A stretch of DNA of 64,000 bases from Octopus vulgaris (taxonomy: Eukaryota), in assembly GCA_951406725.2 (NCBI GenBank), contig OX597824.1, positions 62,124,001-62,188,000 of the forward strand. Direction: 5' to 3'. The stretch's first letter is position 1; every line of letters begins with the position of its first letter. This document shows positions 27,479 through 41,773 of the stretch, piece after piece. The notes under the pieces were generated by a model. That model saw only the letters and a program-made list of their open reading frames with translations. It did no database searches and was not told the origin of the DNA. A program made the translations under genes and the position numbers.

Positions 27479-28224
27479 TTAAATAATTAAATTTAGAAAA
27501 ATTAAAAGAAAAGTTTTTTTAAAAGAATATTTGTATAGTGTTCAAATATAAGTGACATTTTCCTTGTTTCTGCCTTTCTCTGTCTCTCTTGTTTACACTT
27601 GTGGGTTCGAGGTCGCTGTATATGGATAGATGGATCGATTTGTGAGTTCCTATTTATTTCTATCTGTGGGTGAATATTTGACGCTTCGTTTCTATTAGCT
27701 TCACATGTAAAACCTCTGGTAATGCATTTGCTTTGTAGCTCCCGTTATGGTAGTTCTTGTAGTAACCTCTGTTGTTACCTTGGTTGTTGTTTTGTGGTTG
27801 TGTTTGTGAAAGTGAATTTCCTCATTATTAAAAGTCATTCCCGAGCTGTTAGAACTGGGCTTTTAAACTTCAGTTCACACTCTACCTTTATATACAATGA
27901 CAACTTAAATACTATAGCTCCGGCTTCCTAGAACATAAAAAAGTGACAGTCATGAATAAAATGGCAATTCTCACTTCTCTCACCCGCTTCTCTCTTTCTC
28001 TCCTGGTTGTATCTATTGTTCTCTTTTTCTGTCTACTTACAGTTTTTCCACGTGTGCGTTTGTGTAACCAAATGTATGTATGAATATGTGTGCGAGTGTG
28101 TGTGTGTGTGTCTGAGAGAGAGAGAGAAAGAATATGTGTATGTGCGTGTGCATGTGTGTACGACAAATAAGCAGAAATAATGAAAGCCAATGACAGGTCA
28201 CCACACTTCAACACACATACATAG

Positions 28225-29150
28225 AGCGTTCTGGATAAATGTGAGGATTTGAACGTCTCCTTTTATTCATGAGCAAATTCATGTATTGGTGAGTAGTCAA
28301 TGGTGGTGAGACCATAAAGATTAAGTTTGTAGATGAGAAAAAGTTAGCTGACAAGGAGGCCAAGATGTCATTTTAAATATTGGAAAACAGTTATTTTTAT
28401 CTAGATTGTTTGTGTTGCGTATCAAAATGCCCTCATTACGACTGCTATTCAGCGCTCAGTGACTTCTGTAAAGGCTGTATAAATGACACAGGCATCATGA
28501 AATCCAAGTTCCTCCAAACTGTGATGGTCTTTGGTGGTGTCCCAATTGAATGTAGCATCATGCCACCCCCACATATTTAAACAGAGTCATCAGAAGCACA
28601 ATTAAGACAGCTATGAATGCTGCTGAAGACTGGTGAGAGCTTGTTTGGTGAGTACTGCTACAGGAAGCCCATATGCTTGGCGGTAGGATTCAGCTCCTTG
28701 CCTTAACTCGGGAAAGTGTCAGATGTGGTTATCGGAGAATTTCCACGAATTCACCAGCTCCCATTTTTTGCCTCCTAATTCCACAGGCTGTAATTCTAAG
28801 GGATACTATGTGTGGGGCGCAGTTGAGAAGAATACCAACTGCTCTGCCTGAAACACCAAGGCCGAGCTGATGGCCAAGATCAAGGAGGGGTTTGAAGATC
28901 TTCCTAGGTATACAGTGAGGAATGCAAGCCCCAAGATCCGTAGCTGTCTTGAGTCCATGATGGACGATGAGGGCAACTACGTTGAGTAAACTGTTATCTC
29001 CCAGCCATAATCGAGTTAATAGCTTTTGATTTTTAAATAATTTTATCTTTGGATGGGATATAATGTATATTTTTTGTGCAAAGTAACAAATATATCCCGA
29101 AAGCCTATATTTCATATGCATTATGTGTAAACTAGGTAGACAGGAGCACT
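28225..29150 (+). mobile_element. maT remnant
   Basis: KF.QTVMVFG, QDSAP, PPNS..CN..GYYVWG. Confidence 0.75.
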
Positions 29151-29189
29151 TTAGAAGTCTGTGGAATGAATTATAATTCCAAAGGGTAT

Positions 29190-30078
29190 AACCAGATTTA
29201 AGTATGACATTAGATCTGTGAAAAAATAACTTCCGGACAGTTAACAGAGCAGAAAATTGCATTATTGTTAAATTGTCGCCATTTCATAGTTATAATTTCG
29301 CGTGTGCACATTGTTTGTCTTCGATTTTGTCGAATAAAACAGAACCATGACGCAATTCACTCTGTCGGAAACTTGGAAACGATATGCAGTACCTCTTGGC
29401 ATTCCCGCCGGAATCTCCAATACGAACAGATGGTGAACACAGAACAAACATTGGCTTGATGTATCCCTAAAACAGGTACCGAGATTGATAAAAATCAAAC
29501 ATTCAGTCAACCAGGTGCTTGGAGTACTCTCTAGTAATGGCGATGTTATGTCTTCCTTCATCTTCTCACACGGCCTCAAACTCAGAACGGAGACCAGACC
29601 TACATCAAATTCCTGGAGAAGGTTGTGCGACCCTGACTCAAAAAGGTGGCTGCTGGAACACCCTGTGTCTGGAAACAGGAACCCGGTCATGGCTGTCAGA
29701 TAATTTCTGCGACCACATCACCCATACATTTGGCCACCTTACTCCCCAGACTGCAACCCCGTTGATTATTGTGTTTGGGGTGCAGTTGGGTGAGAGACCA
29801 AGAAAACTCCTTGTAACACCAAAGAGGAATTGAAGGCAAGCATTATGGCAGCATTCACGAAATTAAACAAGGAAAATGTCCGGAAGAGTTGCAGGAGATT
29901 CCGAAGTCTTCTGGATGTCGTGGTCGAAGCCAATGGAGATTTTATTGAGGAAAGTTACTCTTTAGTGTTTCAATATATTTTAATGAATGTTTTGGTAAAT
30001 ATATCTGTGAAAATGAGATGTCAGTGATATTTTAATTTTTGCGTAATTTAGACGACAATATATTCACAGCACACTGTG
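29190..30078 (+). mobile_element. maT remnant, internally deleted
   Basis: VLGVLSSNGDVM, WPPYSPDCNPVDYCVWG; TIR-like end taatttagacgacaatatattcacagcacactg. Confidence 0.85.
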
Positions 30079-30106
30079 TATATATATATGTGTGTGTGTG
30101 TATGCA

Positions 30107-30144
<38 letters not shown>

Positions 30145-30611
30145 CGTGAACAAAAAGTAGAATGACCACTCAGCACATTCCTTGGGAGTTATAAATATTA
30201 CTCAAAACAGTTTGATTCGAATTCTGCGCTACTTGAAGCAGAACTGGAACGGCCACGTTAAGGGCTTCGAAAGTTGATGTAGCACAGAATCCGAATCAAA
30301 ATGCTTTCAGTAATGTATGTTGATATATATATGTAGATTTTAATATAAATATGTATTGCAGTATTTATAACAGGTTTAATTTCTATGCATTAATTTGCAC
30401 TGTCTTCATTAACGTCAATAGGTTTTTTCCTCGGATTTTATAATTTTTATAAGTTTTTTATATATATATACATATATTTTTGACCTTTTTGTTTATCGCT
30501 CGAAGATTGACCGTTTTTTCTAAAGGGCCAATCAAACAAGTCCATTTCTTTTTAAAGGTGTAGCGTTTGTAAGAGTATAGATTGAATTGATATATCAGTT
30601 CCATTCTAGCA

Positions 30612-30659
30612 AAAACTGTCTGATGAACGGCAACGAGAAACTCAGAGTAACAGATTTTG
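30612..30659 (+). ncRNA. Minimal type I hammerhead ribozyme motif
   Basis: AAAACTGT-CTGATGA-ACG GCAA CGA-GAAACTCAGAGTA-ACAGATTTT; one mismatch at the base of stem II. Confidence 0.75.
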
Positions 30660-30749
30660 TTGAATTTTCTGCTGCTTAAAATAAAGTATATATATTCTTT
30701 TTCTTTTGCTTGTTTCAGCTCAGAGCTGCGGACATGTTAATGCACCGCC

Positions 30750-30796
<47 letters not shown>

Positions 30797-30802
<6 letters not shown>

Positions 30803-31262
30803 TGAGAGAGTAACCACTATGTGGTCGACTCTAATGCTAAAAATAGATCCACTATGGTATAGCCACTAAAAATTGTTTCCAAGGAGAAATAACAAAATTT
30901 AACGTAGGGCAAGTGAAAAATAACGAAAAAATAGATTAACCCTGGACAATTGTTTCATTATTAATATAAATGCAATTTTACTTACGCAACATCCATAATT
31001 CATCAGCAGGAGTTTGTCTTAAATACAATTTATTAAATCGCTCGTTAAATTACGACGCAACGTTAAATACACGTGCGGTTCAATCAATTGTATTAGCAGC
31101 TATTAGCTATTGTCCAGGGTTAATTTATTTTTTCGTTATTTTTCACTTGTCCTACGCTAAATTGTGTTATTTCTCCTTGGAAGCAATTTTTAGTGGCTAT
31201 ACCATAGTGGATCTACTTTTAGCACTAGAGTCGACCGCATAGTGGTTACTCTCTCATATTTA
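30797..31262. mobile_element. Fold-back element with ~150-bp inverted arms
   Basis: Arms differ at about 8 positions; abuts (TA)n. Confidence 0.85.
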
Positions 31263-31358
31263 TGTATACATTTGTAATGTATCCCTGGTTTTTATGTGCT
31301 AAGCCACTTGGTGTTAAATTTATGGTATTATTAAATTAATATCAAATTTTTCATCCTC

Positions 31359-31420
<62 letters not shown>

Positions 31421-33024
31421 TATTTAATAGATACGATAAATATTTTTATGTGCTACTAATATGTTTCATATGCTAATACCTCAAACATCTTCAACAGGAA
31501 CAAATCATATTTCATAACGAACTAAACATTGAATAGAGGATAAAACGTGAAATGTCAAGAAGAATGAATGTAGAAAACGTGGAAGATTAAAAAACGGATA
31601 AAGAAAAAAGAAATAATAGCGCTGGAAAGATATCAACAATTTAATCGGGTAATGGTGGAAATTTCCAATTCTTCAAAATGTACTTCGAGATATGTTTACA
31701 TATTTCAGACGTAGAGTTCAGTAGTGAGTTAGGGATCTTTGACCTGAAAACTATCTGTACTCCTTCAGCTAAACATAGCTTACATTTATTTGATCTATTA
31801 ACATAAGGTACTGATTTTTCGATTATTTTTCATTTAATCACATATGGTGTTGCGTTAGTTTTCAAAATCCATACGTGGTTTGCTAAACTAGTAGCTTTCC
31901 TTTTGTCGGAAGGAAGCTATGTGATTGGCATGGCGATTTTGGGGTTGGTGGGTGTAGAAAGACATATAGAAATAAACTATTATAAATATCATATGTGCAT
32001 ATTGTGAAAGAGCTGAATCGACAATTTCCAATATGGTGTGCGCATGTTGGTGTAGCTGCGTTTGTATAGCTATAACACAGACACACACACGCATGCGTTT
32101 GTGTGTATGGTCAGGAAACAAATGGGGAAATAAGAAACAAAAGAGAGACAGATGTATGTAAACATATATGTAAGAACATTGAAACTGTTTATCATGGTTT
32201 TACTTTTGGTAATACACACCAATCTAGATACTGCTTCAGTTTTCTCATGTTAACTTTTATAGAATATTTGGTCGAATAAAGACCATCCAACTGTGAAAGC
32301 ATAACGACATTTCTAAGAAATATGAGAAAACCCCTCATTGCCAATCTCGTTTTCTTCTTTTATTTTTCCCGTTTTTATACTGTGCAAAAACGGGTATCGA
32401 TATAGACTTTGTAAAATGAAAAGTACCCCATTGACAAAGAATCTGTCAACGGGGTACTTGTTTCCTTCTTGTTTCATTCTATCGCCTATTTCATTCTTCC
32501 CTGCAAATAAAATGCTCATATTTCATTTGATTCTATCAAATAATTATCAAATCTAAAAACATTACAGAAAAGAATATCACCAAGTTTTATAGAAGGTATC
32601 CATATGGTAATAGACTGTAAGCATTTGCCCTATATTACTATAAAAACGGGAAATTGGAAGAATGTTTATAAGAGCGTAGATATAAAGGCATCCCACGCAT
32701 TTCGACTACGCGATTTTTCAGTTATAGTAATTGTAAACTTTGTCACAAATTTCGGGTTACGGTCTGTAATTTCCCTCTTATAGAAACTAGTATTGCGTAG
32801 TTTTGAATTGCTGACAATGTAAAACTACACTTTCTTCTTAGCTCTATGGCTACTTGCGTTTTAATTAAGATTAAGTAATATAGTTAACGATTTGGAAAAA
32901 ATTATCCTCAACTTACATGCAGGCAGTGCTTCAGCATGGCCCCAGCCTCTGGCTGAAACCAGTAAGCGAAGAAAGAATGCCTTCACACAAATACACTCAT
33001 GTATATATGATGTACATAAAGTGA

Positions 33025-33087
<63 letters not shown>

Positions 33088-33099
33088 TGATTGCCACTT

Positions 33100-34250
33100 C
33101 CTTACAGAAGAAGGTCATCTCTTCAATTAATAAATACTGCAAGGAGATTTTATACGACTAGCAAATACTGCTCTTGACAAACAAAATCTACTGAAGATTT
33201 TACAAATACTTTTACGCAGAAAAGTATCTGTCTACGAAGTGCTCGTTTAAAGATAGATTGTTCAATTCTTCGAACTTGAAATTCTTTACATCTATTGTAG
33301 ATCATTTGTTTCCAAACCTTTCGATCTAGTGTCATATACTCCCAGTCTTCAACTTACACATTAAGAGTCATAATGTTGCTTTTGACAGTATCCCCAAAAC
33401 GTTTCTTTTGGTTTATATCTCTGACGTTTGCCACTCTGCAACTCCCCGTAAAACAACTGCTTTGGCAACTTCTCATCTTGCATCCTAGCAAGGTGCCCAA
33501 CTCGAACGCATCTGATTGCGTATGAGGGTCATTTCAATACAGGATGTGTTAGCTTGCGGAAGAATAATGGTGTCCGGCGTTAAAGACTTCCATTCTATGT
33601 CTAGTATCCTCCTTATGTAAGTCTGATGGAATTTTCTAAAGCCTTGATGTGGCACCGATCTGTTGTCCAGGTCTCAGAAGAGTACAGGAGGATCATTAAA
33701 ATGCAAGATTCATAGATACTAAGCTTGGTTTTGAAGGTGAAACCCCTATCAGACCACACACGATTTTCAAGACTTCCAAAGGCTTTGCTGGATTTTTCAA
33801 TTGACAGGTTTATTTCAGAATCAATGGTCCACCTTTAGAGAGAGTGCTGCCAAAGTAGATGAACGAGTCAACCACATCTACTCTTGTATCCTGGACAAAG
33901 ATGTTAGGTTCCACATAGGGTTGGCCTGGTGGCTGAGAGAACATGATCCTTGTTTTCTTTAGACTGATGGTAAGTCCAAAAGCAAAACAAGCTCTAGAAA
34001 AGAGATCCAATATAGCCTGCATTTCCTCCTCGGTGTGAGCAACTAGAACTACATCAACATGAAGGAGCTCTCGAACAAGTACCTGGAAAGATTTCGACTT
34101 TGCATTAAAGCGTTTAACATCAAATACCTTACCTGTGGTTGTGAAGCGAATATAGATGCCTATACCACTTACTTGGAAAGTTGGTTGGAGTCGTTTCACA
34201 TAAAATTCTTGATTGGGAAGCCTTCAGAACAAAACACGTCCACCGACTGA
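33100..34250 (-). mobile_element. RTE-clade (BovB-like) LINE remnant
   Basis: GIYIRF..GKVF, VRELL, FGLTISLKKT, FIYFGSTLS. Confidence 0.9.
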
Positions 34251-35136
34251 AAATAATGCAAATCTGGATTCATCTGAGAAAATCACTCTATCCCAAATTG
34301 AACTGGATTTTTCTGACATCTCTTTAGCCCATTTTTTCTTTTCATGGTATAAATTGGTTGAAGGAGAGGTTTTCGTCTAGATGCTCGTCCATAATACCAA
34401 AGCTTATGCAGATATGTAACGCACGTTCTGGGGCTATTTTGCAATATCAGAATCCTTTGAACGTGGTTCGTTTTCCACAATTCTCTTCAAACTCCGAAGC
34501 TTCATTTACGAGGGCCCAGGTCGGCCAGGACCAGAATCTCTTGATTCTTTTCCTTGGCCTTTGAATTGCACTATAATTTTATTAGCAGTAGCAAGAGGAA
34601 TTTTCAGCCTCAGGTTGCCCAACAATACGACCTCTTCGAAAATCTGACAGTTCTGCTGATTTTTTTGTGCGTGGCATGGTTACTCTTTGCAAATGGCACC
34701 TAGAATGAAATTGGCACCTAGAATGAAAAAGAATAATTACATTGTAAATTCTACACCACTCAAACCCTATTAAACGCTTAAATCACAAATTTTGAAAATT
34801 AAAGGTGTCTATTTACTTCTTGCATGTCCGAAACGCGTCCACAGTTAATCATTATACCGGGTGAATTCATTGTTTTTTTCTCTTTGCCTACCTGGATTGA
34901 GTATATGTTATCTGTGAGATTTTCTTACGGTAGAGAAATAGCTAAAGTTTTGGCTGCTATTTCTAAATTCTAAATGTGGAGAAGCAAATGTTTTTGCTGA
35001 ACCCTAATTATAATTATACTCATAATTATAAACATCATTGTTTAAGTTTACCAAAAACGGTTCTTTTAACATGCCGAAACTACTTGGTAAAATGATTAAT
35101 TATTAATTAATTAATTTTTTTACTCGTTATCATTAT

Positions 35137-35178
<42 letters not shown>

Positions 35179-35829
35179 ATATAGGAATATGTGCTTATAT
35201 ATGTATGTAGGTATGTATGCATGTATGAATGTCTACGTGGGTCTTTTTATCACTAACACCAACACAACTACCAACAGTAATAGTAATATGTAGTATGAAG
35301 AAGGAAATCCATTACAAATAAAAAAAAACATAATGTGGTATCCTAGAGTATTTTAGAAGCTGCATGAAATCTCCATCTACCATTACATGCACACAAGTAT
35401 TGACTCACTAAATTTTGAATCCAGCTGGCTATAACATATATCAGCATGTATGCCAGCACGTGTTGCGCATAAGTATGTGGTTTATGAGTGTGTATGTGTG
35501 TGTGTGTGAGTGTGTGTGTTTGTTTGTGTGTGTGTGTGTGTGTGTGTGAGTGTGTGTGTCTGTGTGTGTATGAGTATGTGTGTATATTTATATCTTAAGT
35601 GATAAGTGTAAGAGGCGAATTGCCAATATAATCTGATGCTTCAGCTAGCTATAATCAGTTTCTAGTCCGTCATCGTTTTTATCTCATTTTCATTATTAAA
35701 TTCACAGGAATATAATAATTTTCCAATTTTCCACTCTGAAAAAGCAAATGTTTCGTGGGCCAATTTCTCTTTACTACATAGCTGTTACAGATAATTAATC
35801 ACCGCTGCTGTTGGATTTGCCTTCAATTT

Positions 35830-37710
35830 CCGATGTGTGGAAAGATGTTATCAAGTAGGGGGCAGTAGTGCTAATAGGAACTGTAAAGTGATTGCACTGG
35901 ATATTAAACTTGACCTTTTGAAAAGACTTCACCAGAACATTAAATCTTGCAATATCTAGAGTGAGAACAATACGAGACTACAAAAATAGAATTAGGTCAA
36001 GTGTTCAGGAAGCAGTTCTGTTAATTGTTCAGACCTTATTTTCCCATAGATTGAATGTAATGCTGAGAATGATACGACTTTGAGCATATGGTTTCAGGAT
36101 CAGAATCAGCATAATGTGCCGAGAAACACAATGATAATTTTTAAAAAACGTAAAAGTTTATACGACAATTTGCAAGAAAAGGAGGGTGAAATTTCTAATG
36201 AAAAAAAAACATTTTTTGTTAGTGAAGGCAAGTTTGAAAGTTTAAAGAAAAGCATGCACAACATAAATATGAGTGGTGAAACTCGGAGCACTGATACAGA
36301 GGCAGTTGATAATTATCCTGATCAGTTGAAGAAAATGATTCCTGAAGGTTACACGCTGGAGGAAGAATATAATGTTATTGAGACTGCCCTTTTCTGCTAG
36401 AGCTTTTATTTCTCGAGAAGAAAAATCAACTTAAGGATCTAAAGCTTCCAAAATTCGTCCGCTGGTGATATGAAATTCAAGCCCCTACATGTGAATCACT
36501 CCGAAGATCTATGACCTTCTAAGAGTTACACAAAATTTCATCTACTTTTGATTTGGCGTTCAAATAAGAGTTGTTTACAAACGTTTTTGTCCTGAAGTAG
36601 AAAGGCACAATGCCAAACATATTTCCAACGAAGCATTTCTTCTTTCAGAGAATTCACCGATCCACCCAGCGAACTTAAGTGAACACTCTGATAATGTGAG
36701 CGTAAAATATATCCACAAGAATACAACCTCTTTGTTCCAGTCAATGGATCAAAGTGTAATAGCTAAATACAAGGCCCGTCATATGAGAAGAATGTTCAAA
36801 CAACTTATAGAAGCAATTGACAGGGAGGATAAATACAAGGAATATCATATGAGAAAAACGTTCAAACAACTTACGGATGCAATTGACAATGATGATGAAC
36901 CAACAGTCAGAGATTCTAGCAGTAATTCAACGCAATGGAGGATGTGGGTAATAAAGTTGAACCATGAGCTGAAAGTCTACATCATATTCGGAAAGATATT
37001 GTGATACTTGGAAAGGATGTAGGGTTTGAAGCAGTCATAGAGGGTGACGTGATTGAGTTGCTAGTGACTCATAGAGAGAGTTTATCTAACGAGGAACTAA
37101 GGCTGGAAAAGCAACAAGCTGAGAATACAGACCAGGCAACGGAAATTACACCATCACCATTAAAATTGACTACAAAAATTATTGTTAAGGTGTTAGCACT
37201 TATAGGGGGTAGTCTGCAGGTTATTGTTGATAATGATCATAAACGTGAACGTAACGAACAAATTACAACACGAGGATTTACAATGAGCTGAATCTTATAT
37301 TAAGCTGTACAACGGTATGACTTTGGGTATGTTCCTCACCCCTCAAGTTAATATTCGATATAATAAACTAAAAGTTAGTGAATATTGTCCCTCAAACTCT
37401 TAGTAACACTCATTCAAACAAAACCACCACTCATCAGACAGAAATCAACATCTTTTGTGGTAATAACGTACTCATACGATATTACGAATCTTAATAACCT
37501 TCTAAATTATTACAATTGAAACGTATTTTCGTTTTCATGTATCTATTTTGCATTGTGTATGCTTAGAAAGTTATTTCCATGTATTGAGGTGAAAGTGTTA
37601 CTTGTTCTTAGTTGTTTAGTTGTGCCATATTTTCGACGTCCGTAGGAATGCAATCTCATTTGATAATACGAAAAGCAAGCGAAAATTAATTTCACGACGG
37701 AGTTCTGTAT
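35830..37710 (+). mobile_element. Tigger/pogo transposon remnant
   Basis: CENP-B-like HTH, NV.ETALF, NTTSLFQSMDQSVI; many stops. Confidence 0.85.
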
Positions 37711-37850
37711 TTTAACTCATATTCTAGATCATAAAAGGAAAAAAAGTTATTTAAATAGATGCAATATGTATTTACATAAACTACTCAAAGATGCAAGTCA
37801 CATATACATGCATACAACCATCCCTATCTATTCTTCTCTCTCTCTCTCTC

Positions 37851-37933
<83 letters not shown>

Positions 37934-37941
37934 GATAGCTC

Positions 37942-38060
37942 TACAGGAAGTAATGGGTTCCTGATAATCTGTCGGTAACGCGAAGTTCCGTAACACAAAA
38001 ATAATTTTCCTATTGATATTCATATTATCAAGTGAGATTGCGTTCCTACGGACTTTAAAA
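37942..38060 (+). mobile_element. Terminal fragment related to the Tigger end, inverted relative to 37625-37710
   Basis: tattatcaagtgagattgcgttcctacggac is the near reverse complement of 37638-37667. Confidence 0.6.
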
Positions 38061-39879
38061 TAGATAAAGAGAGATAGATATGAGATTGACTGCTTGGTGT
38101 AGAAGTCTTAATTATGTCCCGTGGAGATGCTGGGGAAGGGTTGTTGATTCAGATTGAATTATTGTTATTGTGATGTTGAATTGGCAACCATAATGAAAGA
38201 TTATTGCTACGCAACAAGACGCTACGAAGCTGTCGTTTTATCGTCATCATTCAAGGTTTGCATGGATTGGTTTGTGCGTGTGAATGTGTGTGTCCAAGTT
38301 AGAGAAAGAATCGATAGGAAGGTAAATGGGTAGAGTGAGAAAGACAGCGACAGAGAGTAACGACGGCTCATTTTGTATAGCGTAATGTGTTGAATCATCC
38401 TAAAGATGTTAAACAGTTACATTGCAATAGATAGTCTTATATCTCATGGACATTCCGGGGCCATTTAGTTTAGAATTAAGTAAGAATTGTAAACATTTGT
38501 AATCAATAATAATCATATGTATTACGAAATAGTATTGTAAAAATCGCACATGTGTGTAGAGGGTGGGGTCATTTACTCTTGAGCACATTACTGAGACCGA
38601 TCGATCTAATCAACGATTCGCCACCATTTCACCCTACTTCAGACATAACAAATTCAAATTAAATATAGAACTGTAATGTCAACTTAAATTTTGAATGTGC
38701 GTAATAACATACTAAAATGCGGGGGCGCCACATTTTAATTACAAATAACAAAACGAAAAGTTTTTCGGGAACCAATGTATTAATAAATGTCTTTAACTTT
38801 GTGGGGGAAAAATTAACCTCCTCAAAAGCTTAAGAACCTTTCAAATTTTAATGATAAATAATCATCTCATGAATTAATCGGTAAACAACAGCACTGGTCA
38901 CGTTCCTACCTAACAAGATACCATTTTTCTTTATATTCAACTGCAATGAAATAACGTCTGTATTTTATCAGTTTATATTTAACACGTCAAACTTACCTGA
39001 AACATTCTCCATGCGATCCATTAATCTATTTTAGTTTCTATTATATTTTGTAAACTATTGCTTACTAAAATCAATACAAACGTTCTCAGGCATTACAGTC
39101 AACTTAAAATCAAACTTGTTTGTTTCGAAACGTTAGCGTATCTGGTTAACTGATGTCTTTTTATAGATATAAAAACTTTCTGAAAATGATTCATTTCATA
39201 AGTTATCTCGAAGTTGTTTCTGCTTTTTAATTTTTGTTTCTTTTGAATACGAATTACGCATTTTTATTCCAGTTAATTGAATTGACGTAACCCCTTACAT
39301 TCGAAAATAATAATGTTTACTCACATAGTCCTTAGCTACAGCTAGATTCCCTGGGATATAACTCTGTGAGTAGGAGAGAATGTTGCTGTAAATAATTACA
39401 GAGACCGCAAAGATATGTACCATATTGGTTTCATTAAATCTGACAACTGAACATTATACACAGACAACATTTGAGAATATATCTATCGGAGAGTGTATAT
39501 ACATGTGTGTATGTGTGTGTGTGTGCGTATGTTTCATCTGAATCACTACCTTTTACATTTCTTAATATGAAAGAGTCAAATCCGACAAATGAGCAAGTCC
39601 CTGCCATTAGAATTTAAACAGTATTTACATATTCATCTATGTATGTGTGGGTAGGCTAAGAGATACTCAATGCAATATCCTGTTTGCTGCATTTATGCAC
39701 ATCCATCACATTCAGGGTTTGAATTCAAATCATGGTATCTTTCAGTGGATTTTTGATTCTAAATCTGAATCGCAAAATATGATTATCTTGTCACGTATGT
39801 TACAATTCCCACGATTTTAATAAAAAATATCTCGAACCACTTTAAAGTGAATAATATAATTGGCATGTTTATTACAATT

Positions 39880-40810
39880 CCAGTAATGTTTCCTGTGGTC
39901 ATGTATACATGTCCACTTTAAGTGTTTATCTGTGTAGAGAGTCTTGCAGATAAATTGAGACAAATTTTATGAAGCATAAAACACCAAAATGATGGTAGGT
40001 AGACAGATATAATTTTAATGTAACATTTATTCTAACAAAAGCATTTATCACTGAATATGGCAGCTCTTTTGCAGTTGCCGTACCCTCCGACGTTTTGGTT
40101 TGGCCTGTCGCAAGCCCGATGCAGGTCTTCAAGCTGCTATCACTCGAGTATGATGAAGCATTGGTCCTTCCTTGAAGTACGCCCCATAAAAAATAATCGA
40201 GAAGGTTGCGAGCTGGGTTATGAATGGGAGAGAATGTGGCCCTCAAAATTTGGCACCTTCTCGCCAGTAGCATGGCGCAGAATCCTGCATAAGCACTGCA
40301 TTATCAAGCCCAAACTTCTGATCCATCCAAGGCAACATATTTCTTTAGGATGCCCAGATACTTCTTTGTGACGATCTTAAAGCCAGACGCAATGAAGTGT
40401 GTATTCATGACACTTCCATGACACTCCACAGCTCCAAATACAATGACAGACCCAGGATTCTTAGTTTCAAACACAGGGAGGACATCCCTGAGGAATTTCT
40501 GCGATTCACCTTACCGGCAACAGTGAACTTTGAGAGTTTTTCCTGCACCGAGATGCTTGATGAATGACAAAAGTTCCTGTTTACAGTCCTGGATATCGTG
40601 AAAAGGAGCACTTTGCGTTTCTTTGCAAGCGTTGTCATGGATGTGGATGGGATGGCTTTAATCAAGCTTTTGAGGCCAGGGAGAAACTTTGGATTGCGCT
40701 TGGAATCACTTGGAGCCTGGTGTTCTTTTCTATCAATCTTTCACTCTTCTTTATATTGATCATGCACATAATAAACCGTTGCTTTTGGATTTTTTGTCAA
40801 CTTAACAATA
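39880..40810 (-). mobile_element. maT remnant
   Basis: MTTLAKKRKV..TISRTV HTH; NLLDYFLWG. Confidence 0.75.
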
Positions 40811-40812
40811 TA

Positions 40813-41165
40813 GATGATGCGGTGAATATACTGTCGTCTAAATTATCTCATTTTAGCCTTTATATTTACCAAAATTACATAAATATATCTTGAAATACTA
40901 AAGAGTAGATGTTTTAAGTAAAACCGCTATTGGTATGTATATATGTATGTATGTAAAACATCGCAATAGGGTCCGTTTAAACGGACAGCCAGGTTGAAGT
41001 AGCTACGAATATTACCTGATAGTACAACTGGTGCGTTGATCTAGAGATGTAGCATTTTTCATTATACATATATCATCTTCCCACTCGGCCTCAAACTCAA
41101 CACGAAGACCTACATCAAGTGTGTAGAAGAGGTAGTGCTGCCGTGGATCAAGAGGGTGGCTGCAG
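40813..41165 (+). mobile_element. Deleted maT: TIR plus short body, same family as 29190-30078
   Basis: gcggtgaatatactgtcgtctaaatta TIR; GLKLNT..YIK.VEEVVLPWI. Confidence 0.7.
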
Positions 41166-41179
41166 TTTCCGATTTCCGG

Positions 41180-41445
41180 GAGGTGCTATACGGTAGCGTA
41201 CCAAGATGATGGATAAAATAACACTTGATGCTTCGCTAAAGGACATACCCATACCCAGTAGGAAGGATTATATACGTGCTTTTTGGAGAAAACGAAACGA
41301 TTTGCACATAGAATGCGGTGGAAAGCTTTCTTTTTCAAGGAGCATAAACCAAACAACAAACCTGAACATGGTGACCTACTAAGAAAAGTATTTAAATCCG
41401 GAAGAAATCCACCGACAAATCAATACCTAACCATATTTGAAGTCA
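41180..41445 (+). mobile_element. PLE (Naiad-like) N-terminal fragment
   Basis: SLKDIPIPS...EKTKRFAHRMRWKAFFF. Confidence 0.75.
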
Positions 41446-41773
41446 TCTTCTGGCTTAGCGCGCTAGTACGAGGGCGACTGAATCAACGTTAAAATATATG
41501 ATATTGGAAATCTATATATGCGTATCTTCTCACAGAGATGAGTGGTGTCCAGTCCCATTGTTGTTCACCGAGGAAACACAGAAGATTATTAAATTGTTCA
41601 TGTCGAAACCTTAAGGTAAGGAATTAAGTGATATGTTTATTTCTTTTCATTTGTCTAGATACTAAACATCTAGCATCTTGCTAATTTGCGAACAAATATT
41701 TCGTGGTAGGACGGTATAATTTTAGCATAATGGTCTATCATCTTATATATATATATATATATATATAAATATA

